From: Aplysia californica | Taxonomy: Eukaryota | Assembly (NCBI RefSeq): GCF_000002075.1 | Contig: NW_004797351.1 | Coordinates: 1,139,199 to 1,203,198, forward strand | Reading direction: 5' to 3' | Length of the DNA stretch: 64,000 bases | Shown here: positions 24,701 through 34,936 of the stretch, in pieces | How positions within the stretch are numbered: the first letter of the stretch is position 1 | Layout: every line of letters starts with the position of its first letter | Notes under the pieces: generated by a model | What the model saw: the letters and a program-made list of their open reading frames with translations, nothing else | Database searches by the model: none | What the model was told of the DNA's origin: nothing | Translations under genes and position numbers: made by a program

Positions 24701-27700
24701 TGCTGATAAGCTAGCCGGCCAGGCAGAGATTGGCTGCACCATGTATTTAGATCCACCAACAGTCATGGCAGCATTGACAGAGAAGATGAAGGCACCACAT
24801 CACTCACAATTGATAGACTAAGGGAAGTTGGTGTCTCTAGAGGGTCGGGGAGAGACAGCAACCTACGTAGAAAAGCAAGAAGAATATCCAATCAGCTGTT
24901 AACTGGCACGATCAGCAGGCAGACACTTTCATGGATCCTGGAGAGGAGGGAGGAGCAGCTACAGCATTGTGCCGCCTGCAATGATGCCTGTTCTCCAACC
25001 AAGTAGGAAAGTATGTAAGTACAAGTGTCCATTGTCTCTTTAAATCACATATTTATTTGTCCATGGCTGCTGTTTCTAAGTCTTATCTTTAGTTTTGTAA
25101 CTTGTCTTTCAGAAAAGTTGACAGAGAGCTAGATGCATTGGCATATTCTCCAAAAAATTCGCTCCCCCCCCCCTCCCTCATTTGCGACTGCATAATTTCT
25201 ACAAAGAATTGAAATGGTCTTGCAAAATATGTTGGACTCTGTTGAAGCGCTGGCTATGTAACGATTTATGGACCCATATTGAGCATTAAGAAATTTTCTG
25301 TTAATCTTCATTGGATCAAAATCAGGCTGCTGACAGTTTTCCACTCTTGTTTACATTTTGTCGATACTTCTTTGAAAGTTGTGAAGGGACTAGGTGGACA
25401 TTTCGGGGCTTTATTAAGGAAGCAGCTGGGCTATTTGTGTACGATGGTGAACACTTTTATTTATATTTGAATGAGATAAGGATCTGGCTGAGGATGAGTG
25501 GGAAGTAGAGGTTTCTGTCGTTGACTTTGTCAGAATAAGCATAGATGTGTATTGCTATTTAGAATATATATAGGTCTTGTAATTAAATTCCTGCATGTGG
25601 TTGAATGATGCATCTGATGTGATATGTACATTTTTTTCAGCTTTACTTCTCTTTTCATATTAAATTTTACTGAGAATAATATATAATTTGAACTTTTTAT
25701 GCATACCTGCATGTGTTTTTATGTTCCTGTGCAGCAAAGAAAAATTTCTCTCTGGTATAATAAAGTATTATCTTATCTTATCTGATCTTGTCTTACCTTA
25801 TCTTGATGATGACAATCAAGTGGTATAAAATCACAGTCTTTGTGTACTTCCAGATGCCCCTATACACTGGCTGGGTATTGGCAGTTACTGTGACAACCGT
25901 CCTGACCTTTGTTACGTTAGATCAAAATGGAGCTGGCTCAAATTATGTCTGGAGCTGGACGGAGATAGCTGTCTACGAAGCGTTATCCCGGCCCGCTTGG
26001 TCACTGGCTCTCTCCTGGGTCATATTTACCTCGTCCACTGGACAAGGAGGTTGGTGGACAGTTACACCGAGGCAGGGGTCTCAAACCTGCCTCAAACCTG
26101 AACCAACTGAGTAGAAAGAATAATTGATAATATTATGCTTGATGCTTTGTTCTAAAAAAGACAAGAAATGTGTCACAAGGCGCATCAGACGCTTGTACAG
26201 TTTTGGGCTTATAGTATAGAGTTATTGGTAGTGTCTTAAAGCTTGTTCATTTGTCTTGCTTTTGAGAAAAAACATTCCTATTTGTTTAGTGTAAAAGTCA
26301 AGATATTTGAGATTGAAGAAGGTGGGGTTCACCTGGTGTCAGAGGTAGAATAAGCCTGAATATGGGCCCCAAAATTCGGTGACTTCCAAAGCTTGAGTGT
26401 CCTTGGAAACTGCAAATTAACATTTTTTTATGGTCATCAATGTTTTTCATTAAAATCTACCCACAAATGTGTCACAATCCGGTGGAATCAGGCACTCATC
26501 AAATCTTGTTTATGTGGAGTTTTTGGTATCATCTTAAAACTTGTTTATTTGTCTTGCTTTTGAAGAATGAGTGCCCATCTATCTTGGGAAAAAAAAAAGT
26601 GGAGATATTTGCGATTAATGAGGTGGGGGTCACCCGGTATCAGATGAAATTAGTGATAAAATGGCTTCCAAATTTTGGGGAATACCTAAGCTTAAGAGTC
26701 TTGGAAACTACAAGTTTACATTTTTTGTGTGCTTTAACTCTTTATCTCCGGCTTGCGGTTGGAACTGCTGCTCGGCGTATTCTTTTACGACGACTTCGAC
26801 ATCAAATTACTCTTCGGCAATTGCCGAAAACAGATCTCTGTTATCTGGATTTCGTTCATTAGATGAAGAAGTATCAAAATAGGTTCACTTGTTTTGGTTT
26901 GATGACCAAGGTAGTGACATTTTCGTCATTTTTGGATTTAGTACCCAAAAAGGGCCCGGCATTGTGGGTTTACCCCTCTCGGAGATACAGAGTTAACTCA
27001 CTGGAGACTGGGCCTCTTTCAGGTCAGCATGCACTGGAGACTGGCATTTTGGGGGGTATTTCAATGTTTCAAACAGCATCCTTCCCAAAGCCATAAAACC
27101 ACCATTTTTACACGCATAACAGATCTAAATATGCCCAATAGGACACAGAAAACAGAAAGGCAATCTCTTTTATAGTGTTTTAGAAATGATTTTTTGAAAA
27201 TATGCTGAAATTTGCCGCTTGCCAAAATTTGTTAATGTAATGCATTGTGTAAAAAAACCCAACAAAACACCCCCAAAAATCACCCTTGTGTGTGTCTTTT
27301 GTTGTGTTTTGTGTTTCAAAATGAATTTTTAAAAAGTTCAAACTCACGAATAGGCAGGTAATCGATATGGCAATCATTATGTATTAGCTGGGTATTCCAC
27401 TTCAGTGTGTAAAAAACAGGGCTTCAGACAAAGCGTAATTTTGCATTTGAAAGCGAAGTCTAGATCTAGAACTTTCGCTATCCTAATCAATGCTTTGATG
27501 CTAATTTACATTGAAATCAGGATTCCCATGGTCTGAAATATCATAATCAGAATTTTTTGAACTGCCAAAATCGTCAAACACTTGAAAAATGTTTGCTTTC
27601 AAACATCTCTCGTCCTGATCTCTCCTCCTTTTTTTGTGTTTGTTACTCTCTTGTAACACCTAATCTTCACCCCCCCCCCCCCCAAAAAAAAAATAAAAAA

Positions 27701-28284
27701 TTGTTAGTGTGTTATCTTTAAAAAAAATGTTATTCCCCCCCCCCCCCCTTGTAGCTCTGGTGGGCAACAGCATAACTTACTTACTTAATATTAATGTGTT
27801 ATTTCTCTCCTTCTAGCTCTGGTGGGCAACAGCATAACTTACTTAATTAATATTAATGTGTTATTTCTCTCCTTCTAGCTCTGGTGGGCAAATTCCTGTC
27901 TGCGCGTTTGTTCCTTCCACTGTGCCGGATCACCTATGGTGTGTTCCTGCTGCATCCTGTGATCATCATCGTCATCCTAGAGTCTTCCCCGTACAGTATG
28001 GCGCTCACACTCGGCCAACTGGTGATTTTGAGGAGCTGCATTTTGTTAAGGAGTAGTGATTTGGTTGTTTTTTTCCCTCCTTCGTATTTTCTTGGGGAGT
28101 TCACTTTTTGAAAAGTGAGAGTTCTTTTTGAGGTTGACTTGCTTGCAGTAAATAACAATAATAATGATATATAACATTTATATAGCGCATTTCCAAAAAA
28201 GTAGCTCAATGCGCTTTACATTGGAATACCCATTTTTCAAAGACCTTTCTTACTTCTTCCTTTCTTCTCATGCAATATACATTA

Positions 28285-28344
<60 letters not shown>

Positions 28345-31300
28345 AGATTATTTTCATCCAGACATAGGAACAGAACAACTATAATGAAAAATAACGTTAA
28401 AAGCTTATGAAGGATAGGCCTGTAGGAACAGAAAATGTTTAAGATGTCTTTTGAAGCTATCAAATGTTTTTATTTGTCTTGGTTTCATGGGTAATCTGTT
28501 CCACATAAATGGACCAAGATATGATATGATTTGTATGATTTTACAGGTTTCACAAGTAGGGTGTTATCGTTTGATGATCTTAGGTTTCTCCCTGGCTTAT
28601 AAATACTGATAAGTTCTTGTAGATAAAAAGGAGTAGTTTTATTTACACTTTGAAACACATGACGCAGATTTTAAAGATTATTCTTTCTTTTACAGGGAGC
28701 CAATGCAGTTCTTTTAATAATGGAGTGACATGGTCTCGTTTTTTAGATCTTGTTATGTCTAGCGGCATTGTTTTGAATTACTTGTACACGATTCAAATAT
28801 TTGTTGTTCAGACCTGCTAGGAGTGAGTTGCAATAGTCTAATCTAGATAGGATAAGAGATGTTACCAGTGTTTTTGTGGTCTCTTCGTTTAAGTACTTTC
28901 GAACTAGGCGCTAGGCTTATCCTTCTCAGCTGAAAATAAAGGGATTTGGACAGAGATCCTACAAACGAGCCCATTGTAAGTGGTGGTCAATATATACACC
29001 GAGATTCCTGACAACTTCTTTACTAGATGTCATATACCCATATAAATCAAAGTTGACACTTTCCAGATCTTTATTTAATCGTGGATTTTTTTATAAGAAT
29101 GATGTCTGTCTAGTATGAGCAGTTGTATCCCTTGACACCCCTCATCCTTCCTGAACAATAGGGTTAAGCTTGGTTCCAAACAAAAGTAATTTTTTCTTCT
29201 CTCTGCTGCCGTACCAAATGTGTCCTTGACCTGTGTTGAAAAGCTAACGTAATGCTACAGTATACACATACATGTCACGACGTTGTTGAATCAGGCGCTC
29301 GTAAATTTTTGGACGTGTGGAGTTATTGGTATCAACTACAAGCTTGTTTGTTTGCCTTGTTTTCCTTGAAACAAATACCCATCTATCTTAAATAGAAGTC
29401 AAGGTATTTGCGACTGAAGGAGATGAGGTCACCTGGTTTCAGTGGTAAAATTAGCGAGAAAATTGCTGCCATCTTTGATAATTTCAATAGCTTGAGAGTC
29501 CACGAAAACGATGAAATTTCATACTTTGTGCCTTTAATCAACATTTTCCAGTAAAATTCACACGTAAATGTGTTTTTGTATGGACACGAAAAATATTGAG
29601 CCCAAAAACAAAAATTCGATAAAAATTGCCAAACTGGCGGAAAAATGCCTAGTTCTTCGATTTCATTATTTTGATGAGCGCCTGATTTCACCACGATGCC
29701 TCACATTTATCATATTAAGTAGTTTGGATGACAGGCATTCTCTTTTCTTTGATCCATTACCTAACGTATTCTTGACTATTCGTAACTTTGACAATTGAAA
29801 CAGTGATGCAGAATACGCTGGATCTGTTGAAGCACACACTGTGCAGAAAGGTAGTTTCTTATATTCACTCTATGTCATATAACGTATTGCTCGCCGAACA
29901 AGTTGCATTGAAATGTAGGGCCTAGACTGGCTAGGCCTAGAGTAGGGGAGTATACATGTAGTTTTATAAACCTGTGTGCAACTCGTTATGTACATCTAAG
30001 CCTAGCCTATCACTGTTTAGTTACCGGGAGAGAAAAATGCCTTAATTTGACACGTCTTTACCCTTGCTGATGTTCCTACCAGGGAACGCTTATGCCTTAC
30101 CCCCCCCCCCCTCAGATAATTTTACGTGCATACAGCCACAAGTGTGCTGGCCGCCTGTCAAAACTTTTCCGACTCTGGCACATAAATAATAATAATAATA
30201 ATAATAATATATAACATTTATATAGCGCATTTCCAAAAAAAGTAGCTCAATGCGCTTTACATTGGAATACCCATTTTTCAAAAACCTTTCTTACTACTTC
30301 CTTTCTTCTCAAGCAATATACATTAATGCACACACACACACACATACACACACACAGACTATTTTCATCCAGACATAGGAACAGCACAAATATAATGAAA
30401 GATAACGTTAAAATCTTATGAAGGATAGGCCTGTAGGAACAGAAAATGTTTAAGATGTCTTTTGAAGCTATCAAGAGTTCTTATTTGTCTTAGTTTCATG
30501 GGTAATCTGTTCCACATAAATGGACCAAGATATGAGAAAGATCTCTCTCCATATGATTTGTATGATTTTACAGGTGTCACAAGTAGGGTGTTATCGTTTG
30601 ATGATCTTAGGTTTCTCCCTGGTTTATATATACTGATAAGTTCTTGTAGATAAAAAGGAGCAGTTTTATTTACACATTTGAAACACATGACGCAGATTTT
30701 AAATATTATTCGTTCTTTTACAGGGAGCCAATGCAGTTCTTTTAATAATGGAATGACATGGTCTCGTTTTTTCGATCTTGTTATCAGTCTAGCGGCATTG
30801 TTTTGAATTACTTGTAAACGATTCAAATATTTGTTGTTCAGACCTGCTCATATGTTCATATCATACACTAACGCACATTTTGCTTGCGTCAACAACAACG
30901 CAAGTATTGATGTGGAAGATGGCATCTGATTGGTTGGCAATCATATTAAGGCTATTTATGTCTTTGATAGGTCAGTTGTAGTGTGGTGTATAGTGTGCAA
31001 TAAATGTGTAATGAGCCACATTGCAGAGCAATTAACAGTCCTGTGGAATAGGCAAGAGAAGATAAGTTTTGTTATGGGAGAAAAATGTGGGAAGCCTCAT
31101 CAGCAGGGGCTGATTGCCATGCAAGTTACTCCATTTAATCTGAGTTTTTATTGTGTGTGTTCATTATATTTACAAGGTATTTTGTTGATTTTTAATTACT
31201 GTACTGGAAATATTAAAAAAGGGGGAATCCTTCTCCTTTCCTTGAATCCTTGGGTGTTATATTCATGATTCACCGTATTTGGTAAAGCCTGAGCAGCGCA

Positions 31301-31979
31301 CTGGATTGAGTGAAGATATTTTGAAAAAGAAAAAGAACAATTCAGACCCTACATGCTCAGATTTCAACTTTGACCTTCCACGTGTTGGTCAAGTTTGTAA
31401 CAACTGTGCCCGTGGGGCCCTCTAGTGGAAAGTTGTACAACCACAGATTGTTGGAAGCAGATTGGAGAATTATTGAAAATTACTGAGCATTTGCAGCTGT
31501 GTTTGGAATATGTTCTTGATGAATTTCATGTTTGCGTTTTGTGTTTACTTTTCTTGATTGAACAAGTTATCATTTTCGCCCAGATTTTTTAACAGCAACC
31601 ACATTGTTTGCCCTACATGAAACCTGCCATTGTGTAAGCTGTGGAGAATTTTGTTTTATTGTGAAGTGCCTAGAGCCGCCAGAGAGTGGGGGCAATAGAA
31701 GTAAAAGTGATTTTACTATTATAATTGTTATTATTTTTGTTGATAATTCATTATATTATTATCACTATTACAGCTAATATTTTCCATCTACATCTCCCCC
31801 CCCCTCCACCCCTCCAGCTGATGTTCTCCTTCTGCGTCCTCGCCCTGTCCCATCTGATGTCCTTTGCCATGATGTGCTGTGTGGAGTTTCCGGTCACGGC
31901 ATTCGAGAGTTTTGTCATCCTCCGCTACAAGGATTGGCAGGACCGCCGCAGGGCAAGGAAACTGATCGGCTTAGTGTAG
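6779..31979 (+). CDS. nrf-6-like: Nose resistant to fluoxetine 6-like / O-acyltransferase-like membrane protein (signal peptide, NRF domain, acyltransferase-3 domain), ~853-873 aa
   Basis: Phase-consistent GT-AG exons: 6779-6963, 7629-7753, 8482-8675, 9753-9849, 11041-11140, 11755-11919, 12173-12257, 13041-13109, 14088-14265 (or 14088-14251 plus 15413-15486), 15578-15754, 16302-16395, 17531-17650, 19206-19371, 20525-20604, 22453-22551, 23560-23686, 25854-26049, 27879-28021, 31818-31979. NRF motifs: WKMYDATGKQPSG..W..YDQC and VCVPKLCS. AT3 motifs: LLSFS..N, LNGVRVMS..W, DSFFILSG, HRIIR, GTGPHW, C..NWWSNVLFVNN, LANDFQF, YTKPYSR, RPAWS, RITY..LLHP, VEFP. The linker exons at 12173-15486 are the least certain. 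Confidence 0.92.
7396..7594. other. Assembly gap (N run) in an intron
   Basis: Run of n. Confidence 0.99.
8919..9217 (+). mobile_element. TTAA-flanked MITE (piggyBac-like, non-autonomous)
   Basis: TIRs ttaactcattatctcc ... ggagataaggagtaaa; the same family recurs at 14800-14976 (partial) and 26734-26996 (inverted). Confidence 0.7.
10870..10960 (+). repeat. Old dispersed repeat family (SINE-like fragment)
   Basis: Core tctgctgggatrttgtatc..tcag..gggttgac also at ~13945-14030 (+) and, inverted, at ~15300-15365, 16495-16570, 18210-18285, 43215-43290 and 46645-46720. Confidence 0.6.
11398..11650. repeat. Degenerate ~31-bp minisatellite
   Basis: About 7 diverged units tgtgtgaagatagcaatcctgttgtt... 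Confidence 0.6.
12715..12870 (+). repeat. Abundant ~150-bp dispersed repeat (SINE-like)
   Basis: gggtggttggcgggtgctctggtgtggtttgctccttctttcctatcaaacatctatcgtcc...tgtaacacctctaatcttcggcac; copies at ~13580-13710 (+), 16850-16985 (-), 19775-19915 (+), 27600-27670 (+), 42140-42275 (-), 49320-49378 (-) and 63765-63895 (-). Confidence 0.85.
14490..14732. mobile_element. MITE with Tc1/mariner-like TIRs
   Basis: TA-cgagggagtgagatgcaaaatcc ... gggttttgcatctcagccccttc-TA inverted termini. Confidence 0.6.
18287..18745 (-). mobile_element. RTE-like LINE 3' fragment
   Basis: KCYVWSTLPYGCE..IEATEMCFFRRLLRISW..RQMLFLGH, GKRGRGRP; (GAT)n tail. Confidence 0.8.
20160..20385 (-). mobile_element. I/Nimb-type LINE 3' end with CCHC knuckle
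   Basis: CPLC..ETVDHRLFHC followed by an (AAC)n tail. Confidence 0.7.
21631..22140 (+). mobile_element. tRNA-derived SINE with Nin/Deu-like central domain
   Basis: A box tggcctggagg, B box ggttcgaatcc; core gccttctcggacaagggcgaaa..cggagggtcc..gcacacgttaaagatccc..aagagt..ggcaaaatt; other copies at 39935-40262 (+) and 55217-55670 (-). Confidence 0.82.
22215..22496 (+). repeat. 3 x 93-bp tandem repeat spanning an nrf-6-like splice acceptor
   Basis: acag|taaacccagt acceptors give exon starts at 22267, 22360 and 22453. Confidence 0.95.
22575..22895 (+). mobile_element. Degraded RTE-like LINE 3' fragment
   Basis: MGFLGHL, GKQTRQRQ-like remnants and a (GAT)n tail; similar to 18287-18745. Confidence 0.55.
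24105..25015 (+). mobile_element. 5'-truncated I-group LINE (RNase H region), related to the 1747-5986 element
   Basis: IFTDGSVQRGVKSGWAFSA, EMKA..EAL.WI, VTDSMSTL, HAGVQGNDRADKLA; TSD taagtacaagtg at 24093-24104 and 25016-25027. Confidence 0.88.
26165..26730 (+). mobile_element. Two tandem partial copies of an unclassified TIR DNA element
   Basis: gagttattggtatcat..aaagcttgtttatttg.cttgc core shared with 29270-29708, 53918-54366 and 59520-59850. Confidence 0.7.
26734..26996 (-). mobile_element. TTAA-flanked MITE, inverted copy of the 8919 family
   Basis: ttaactctttatctcc ... ggagatacagagttaa; internal sequence is the reverse complement of 8919-9217. Confidence 0.75.
27753..27891 (+). repeat. 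62-bp tandem repeat triplicating a second nrf-6-like splice acceptor
   Basis: ag|ctctggtgggcaa with starts at 27755, 27817 and 27879. Confidence 0.92.
28150..29110 (-). mobile_element. L2/CR1-group LINE 3' fragment
   Basis: RLDYCNSLL, LQVIQN.AAR, LHWLPV..RI.FK motifs; (TAT)n tail with internal (CA)n. Confidence 0.85.
29270..29708 (+). mobile_element. Non-autonomous TIR DNA element (~440 bp)
   Basis: Inverted termini gaatcaggcgctcgtaaa / ttgatgagcgcctgatttc. Confidence 0.72.
30185..30848 (-). mobile_element. L2/CR1-group LINE 3' fragment, near-identical to 28150-28820
   Basis: ORF 30416-30826 NRLQVIQNNAARLIT..LHWLPVKERIIFK..GP.MWN.LP; (TAT)n tail. Confidence 0.88.
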
Positions 31980-32462
31980 GCTAGACACAGAAAGGGCATT
32001 GCTATTTGAGAAGAGTTTTTCTTTTTTCTTTTAGCAGGATTATTTTTCGTTTCATCCTGATTGTTTTTGTGTGGTGACGCATGAGTGTTCAAGTTGTTGC
32101 AAGAGTGAACATTTGTGTATACAATGGATGTCCCTTAGGTTGGAGTTTGATAACAATGTTTTTGGACATGATAATGTGCTCATTGTGCAGTCTACTTTTT
32201 GCATACGGGTACAGCAGCTAAGTTTGTTGTTGGTACATCACTCTTGTAGAAATATAAATATGTGGTATTTTTGTTGAGAAAGAAGGTGGGATGAGTATCA
32301 CTGATCTCCCAGCCTCTACGAACAGACTTCAGGGTTTGTTCAGGGTTTGTGGAAACTGCTTTAGGCTTTAGGGAGTGCATGCCGGCCCATTACTAGTTTA
32401 GCTCTTTACCAAATCCATATTTATTTATTTCTCTATCATTTATATTGTTGTTTCATGATGAT

Positions 32463-32468
32463 AATAAA
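32463..32468 (+). promoter_or_regulatory. Candidate polyadenylation signal of the nrf-6-like gene
   Basis: AATAAA ~480 bp after the stop, followed by U/GU-rich sequence. Confidence 0.5.
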
Positions 32469-33114
32469 TTTAACTTTCATGAAGAATATTATCATTCCTT
32501 TCATTTATAATCATTATTTCATTTTTTATGTTTGGTCTGTCCCTCCTTTTCTTTTCATGTGTTTTGGTTGTTAAAATCTTTACCAATGATATCTGAAATG
32601 CTGCATATTTGTTTACCACTGATTCAGTTTCCATGAAGTGGTATTTCTACTTACGACTAATGCTTTTCTTCCTATGGGAGACTTACAGGAAAACCCTGTT
32701 AATGCACGTTTCATATGCCAGAAAATTTCTTCTTGCTCAGCAGATTTCATGTGAACGGAAGTTGGAATGCATAGAATAAAGAAGGGGGTTGGGGGGGGGG
32801 GGGGGGGGGGGGGCTTTAGATTGGTATTTGAAATCCTTTTCAGACATCGTGAAACTTGTGTTAAATGGCTTCCTGTTAAAAAAAAGTCTACTATTTGTCT
32901 GGTTGTCACAGGAATGCTCATTACTCTAGGAATGTTATGCACAGACCAAAGTGATACATTTCTAAAGGTTAATGCTAAGTAATAAATGAATTGAAGTGGT
33001 ACAACTAGTTGTTTTTTATTTTTTGGCAGTGGGCCCTCGTTATCTTTGTCTTATCTTTTAATTCCATACAGGACTTTGTTTAACATGAACTTGTTCAACT
33101 CAAAATTCCTGTTA

Positions 33115-33850
33115 TATAGTCCATGCCGGCTTTAAGCACGGTCATCGGGAGAAAGCATAAGTGTAGGCCCCTACTTAATGCCGAGGCGTGCTTGAGTGCA
33201 AAGTAAACATGATCCAGAGATTTTCATGTAGAACATTTCATTAATTATTTGCCTTTGTTCGTAACTCGTGGTCGTGCAAAAGTGTGTGCTGTCATTTTTA
33301 TCCGTCATGATAGTTTTTGTTTGTTTGTTTTGTTTTGTGGTCGAATGGGAAATGAAAACTTAATTTAGACAGCCAGTCACAATACAGCACACTAAGCCAA
33401 CACACTGCCTGTGCGTACCACTGCCCGCTGTGCCACATTCATACCACCGCCTTCTTCACACCTCGCGTGTGATACATAATCAGGATTAATGGAGAGCGGG
33501 GGGCAAAAAGGAGAAATCACAGCCAGCTTCCTTTTCTCGTCTCCCCGACTCTCTTTGCATTTTTTCCTTCTGTGTGTAGCTTTGCCGTGGGCAAGAGAGC
33601 CTATATCCACACGCGCGGCTGAGTGCATCTCTCTGCCTTCCTCTCCCCGCGTGCGCGTATGTGTGAGTGTGTCTCCATCACTTGTGTTCTTTGTATTTTT
33701 TTAACGCACTTACTGCTGCGGTAGAGACTGTTTGAACTTGGATGAGTCATCATGAAAGTATTGACAAAAATAAATACGGTAAGAGCCGTTTAGCGTGCTT
33801 GAGCCCGAAACGTCTTTTACGCCGACGAGTTTAAGCCGGCACGGACTGTA
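33115..33850. mobile_element. Tc1/pogo-like MITE
   Basis: TA-tagtccatgccggctttaa ... ttaagccggcacggactg-TA. Confidence 0.75.
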
Positions 33851-34640
33851 TCATGAAAGAATTTCAAATCCCCTTTTTAAAAAATTCCCCCTCTTTATTT
33901 TATGTATTGCAACTTCCCGTAACTCGACATCTACTTAACACAAAGAGATTCTCTGGTCCAGTGAAATTCGTGTTAGTAAGGTTTTAGTTTTACTGTATGT
34001 TTCTGCTAGGGCAGCCATACTGTTAACTCCGCTGGCTTTGAATTCCAGAGCTGCTTAAAAAAATTTTCAATTGAAATAATTACAAAACTTGACAAACGAA
34101 ATCCCATAGTGGTGTTGAAATTTTTTTTATATTTCTTTTTAAAAAAATCCCTTGCCCATCTAATTTATATGAGATTGACGCCATCTGATTAGTAGAAAAA
34201 AGTGTGTATGACAGTGTCCAATAGTGTATTACGTGCGTACTTAGTATGCCAAGTAACTGGTGCAGTCTATAGAGATTCCAGGACTATAGATTCACGTCAT
34301 TGGTCTGAGGGCAGTGGTGGTTTCAGAAATAATGGTGGTGATGAGTGATGATGTGGGATATTGCGTTTAAGTATTGTTACGCGTTGGTCTTATCTTCCTC
34401 TGCTCCAATGAGTCACGATCAGGGAAGTGGGCACCGTCTATCCCGTTCCCTAGTTGGGACCATCTTTACGGTCACCGTGAAGTTCCGCAATGGTGGGCAC
34501 AGTCTCTGCTAAGGTGATATTGTTAATGTTAGCCTATTTTTTGTATTTCCTATTTCTCATTATAATTCTTTCACTTTTGATCAAACGTGAGAAGCAAATT
34601 TAAATAATTAGTAAGTTGTTAAAGTTAAAGGCTAAGACTA

Positions 34641-34936
34641 AGAGCTGGCTTTTAGGGTGGGATATGAGCTATAACATAGAGCTGGTTTTTAGGCTGAGAT
34701 ATGAGCTATAACATAGAGCTGGCTTTTAGGCTGAGATATGAGCTATAACATAGAGCTGGCTTTTAGGGTGGGATATGAGCTATAACATAGGGCTGGCTTT
34801 TAGGCTGAGATATGAGCTATAACATAGAGCTGGCTTTTAGGCTGAGATATGAGCTATAACATAGAGCTGGCTTTTAGGGTGGGATATGAGCTATAACATA
34901 GAGCTGGCTCTTAGGCTGAGATATGAGCTTTAACAT
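34641..34936. repeat. 8 x 37-bp minisatellite with ABB higher-order pattern
   Basis: agagctggcttttagg(gtgg/ctga)gatatgagctataacat. Confidence 0.95.

Noticed and set aside
34641-34936. CRISPR-like 37-bp repeat array
   Set aside because: Units are contiguous with no unique spacers, there are no cas genes, and the context is eukaryotic; it is a minisatellite
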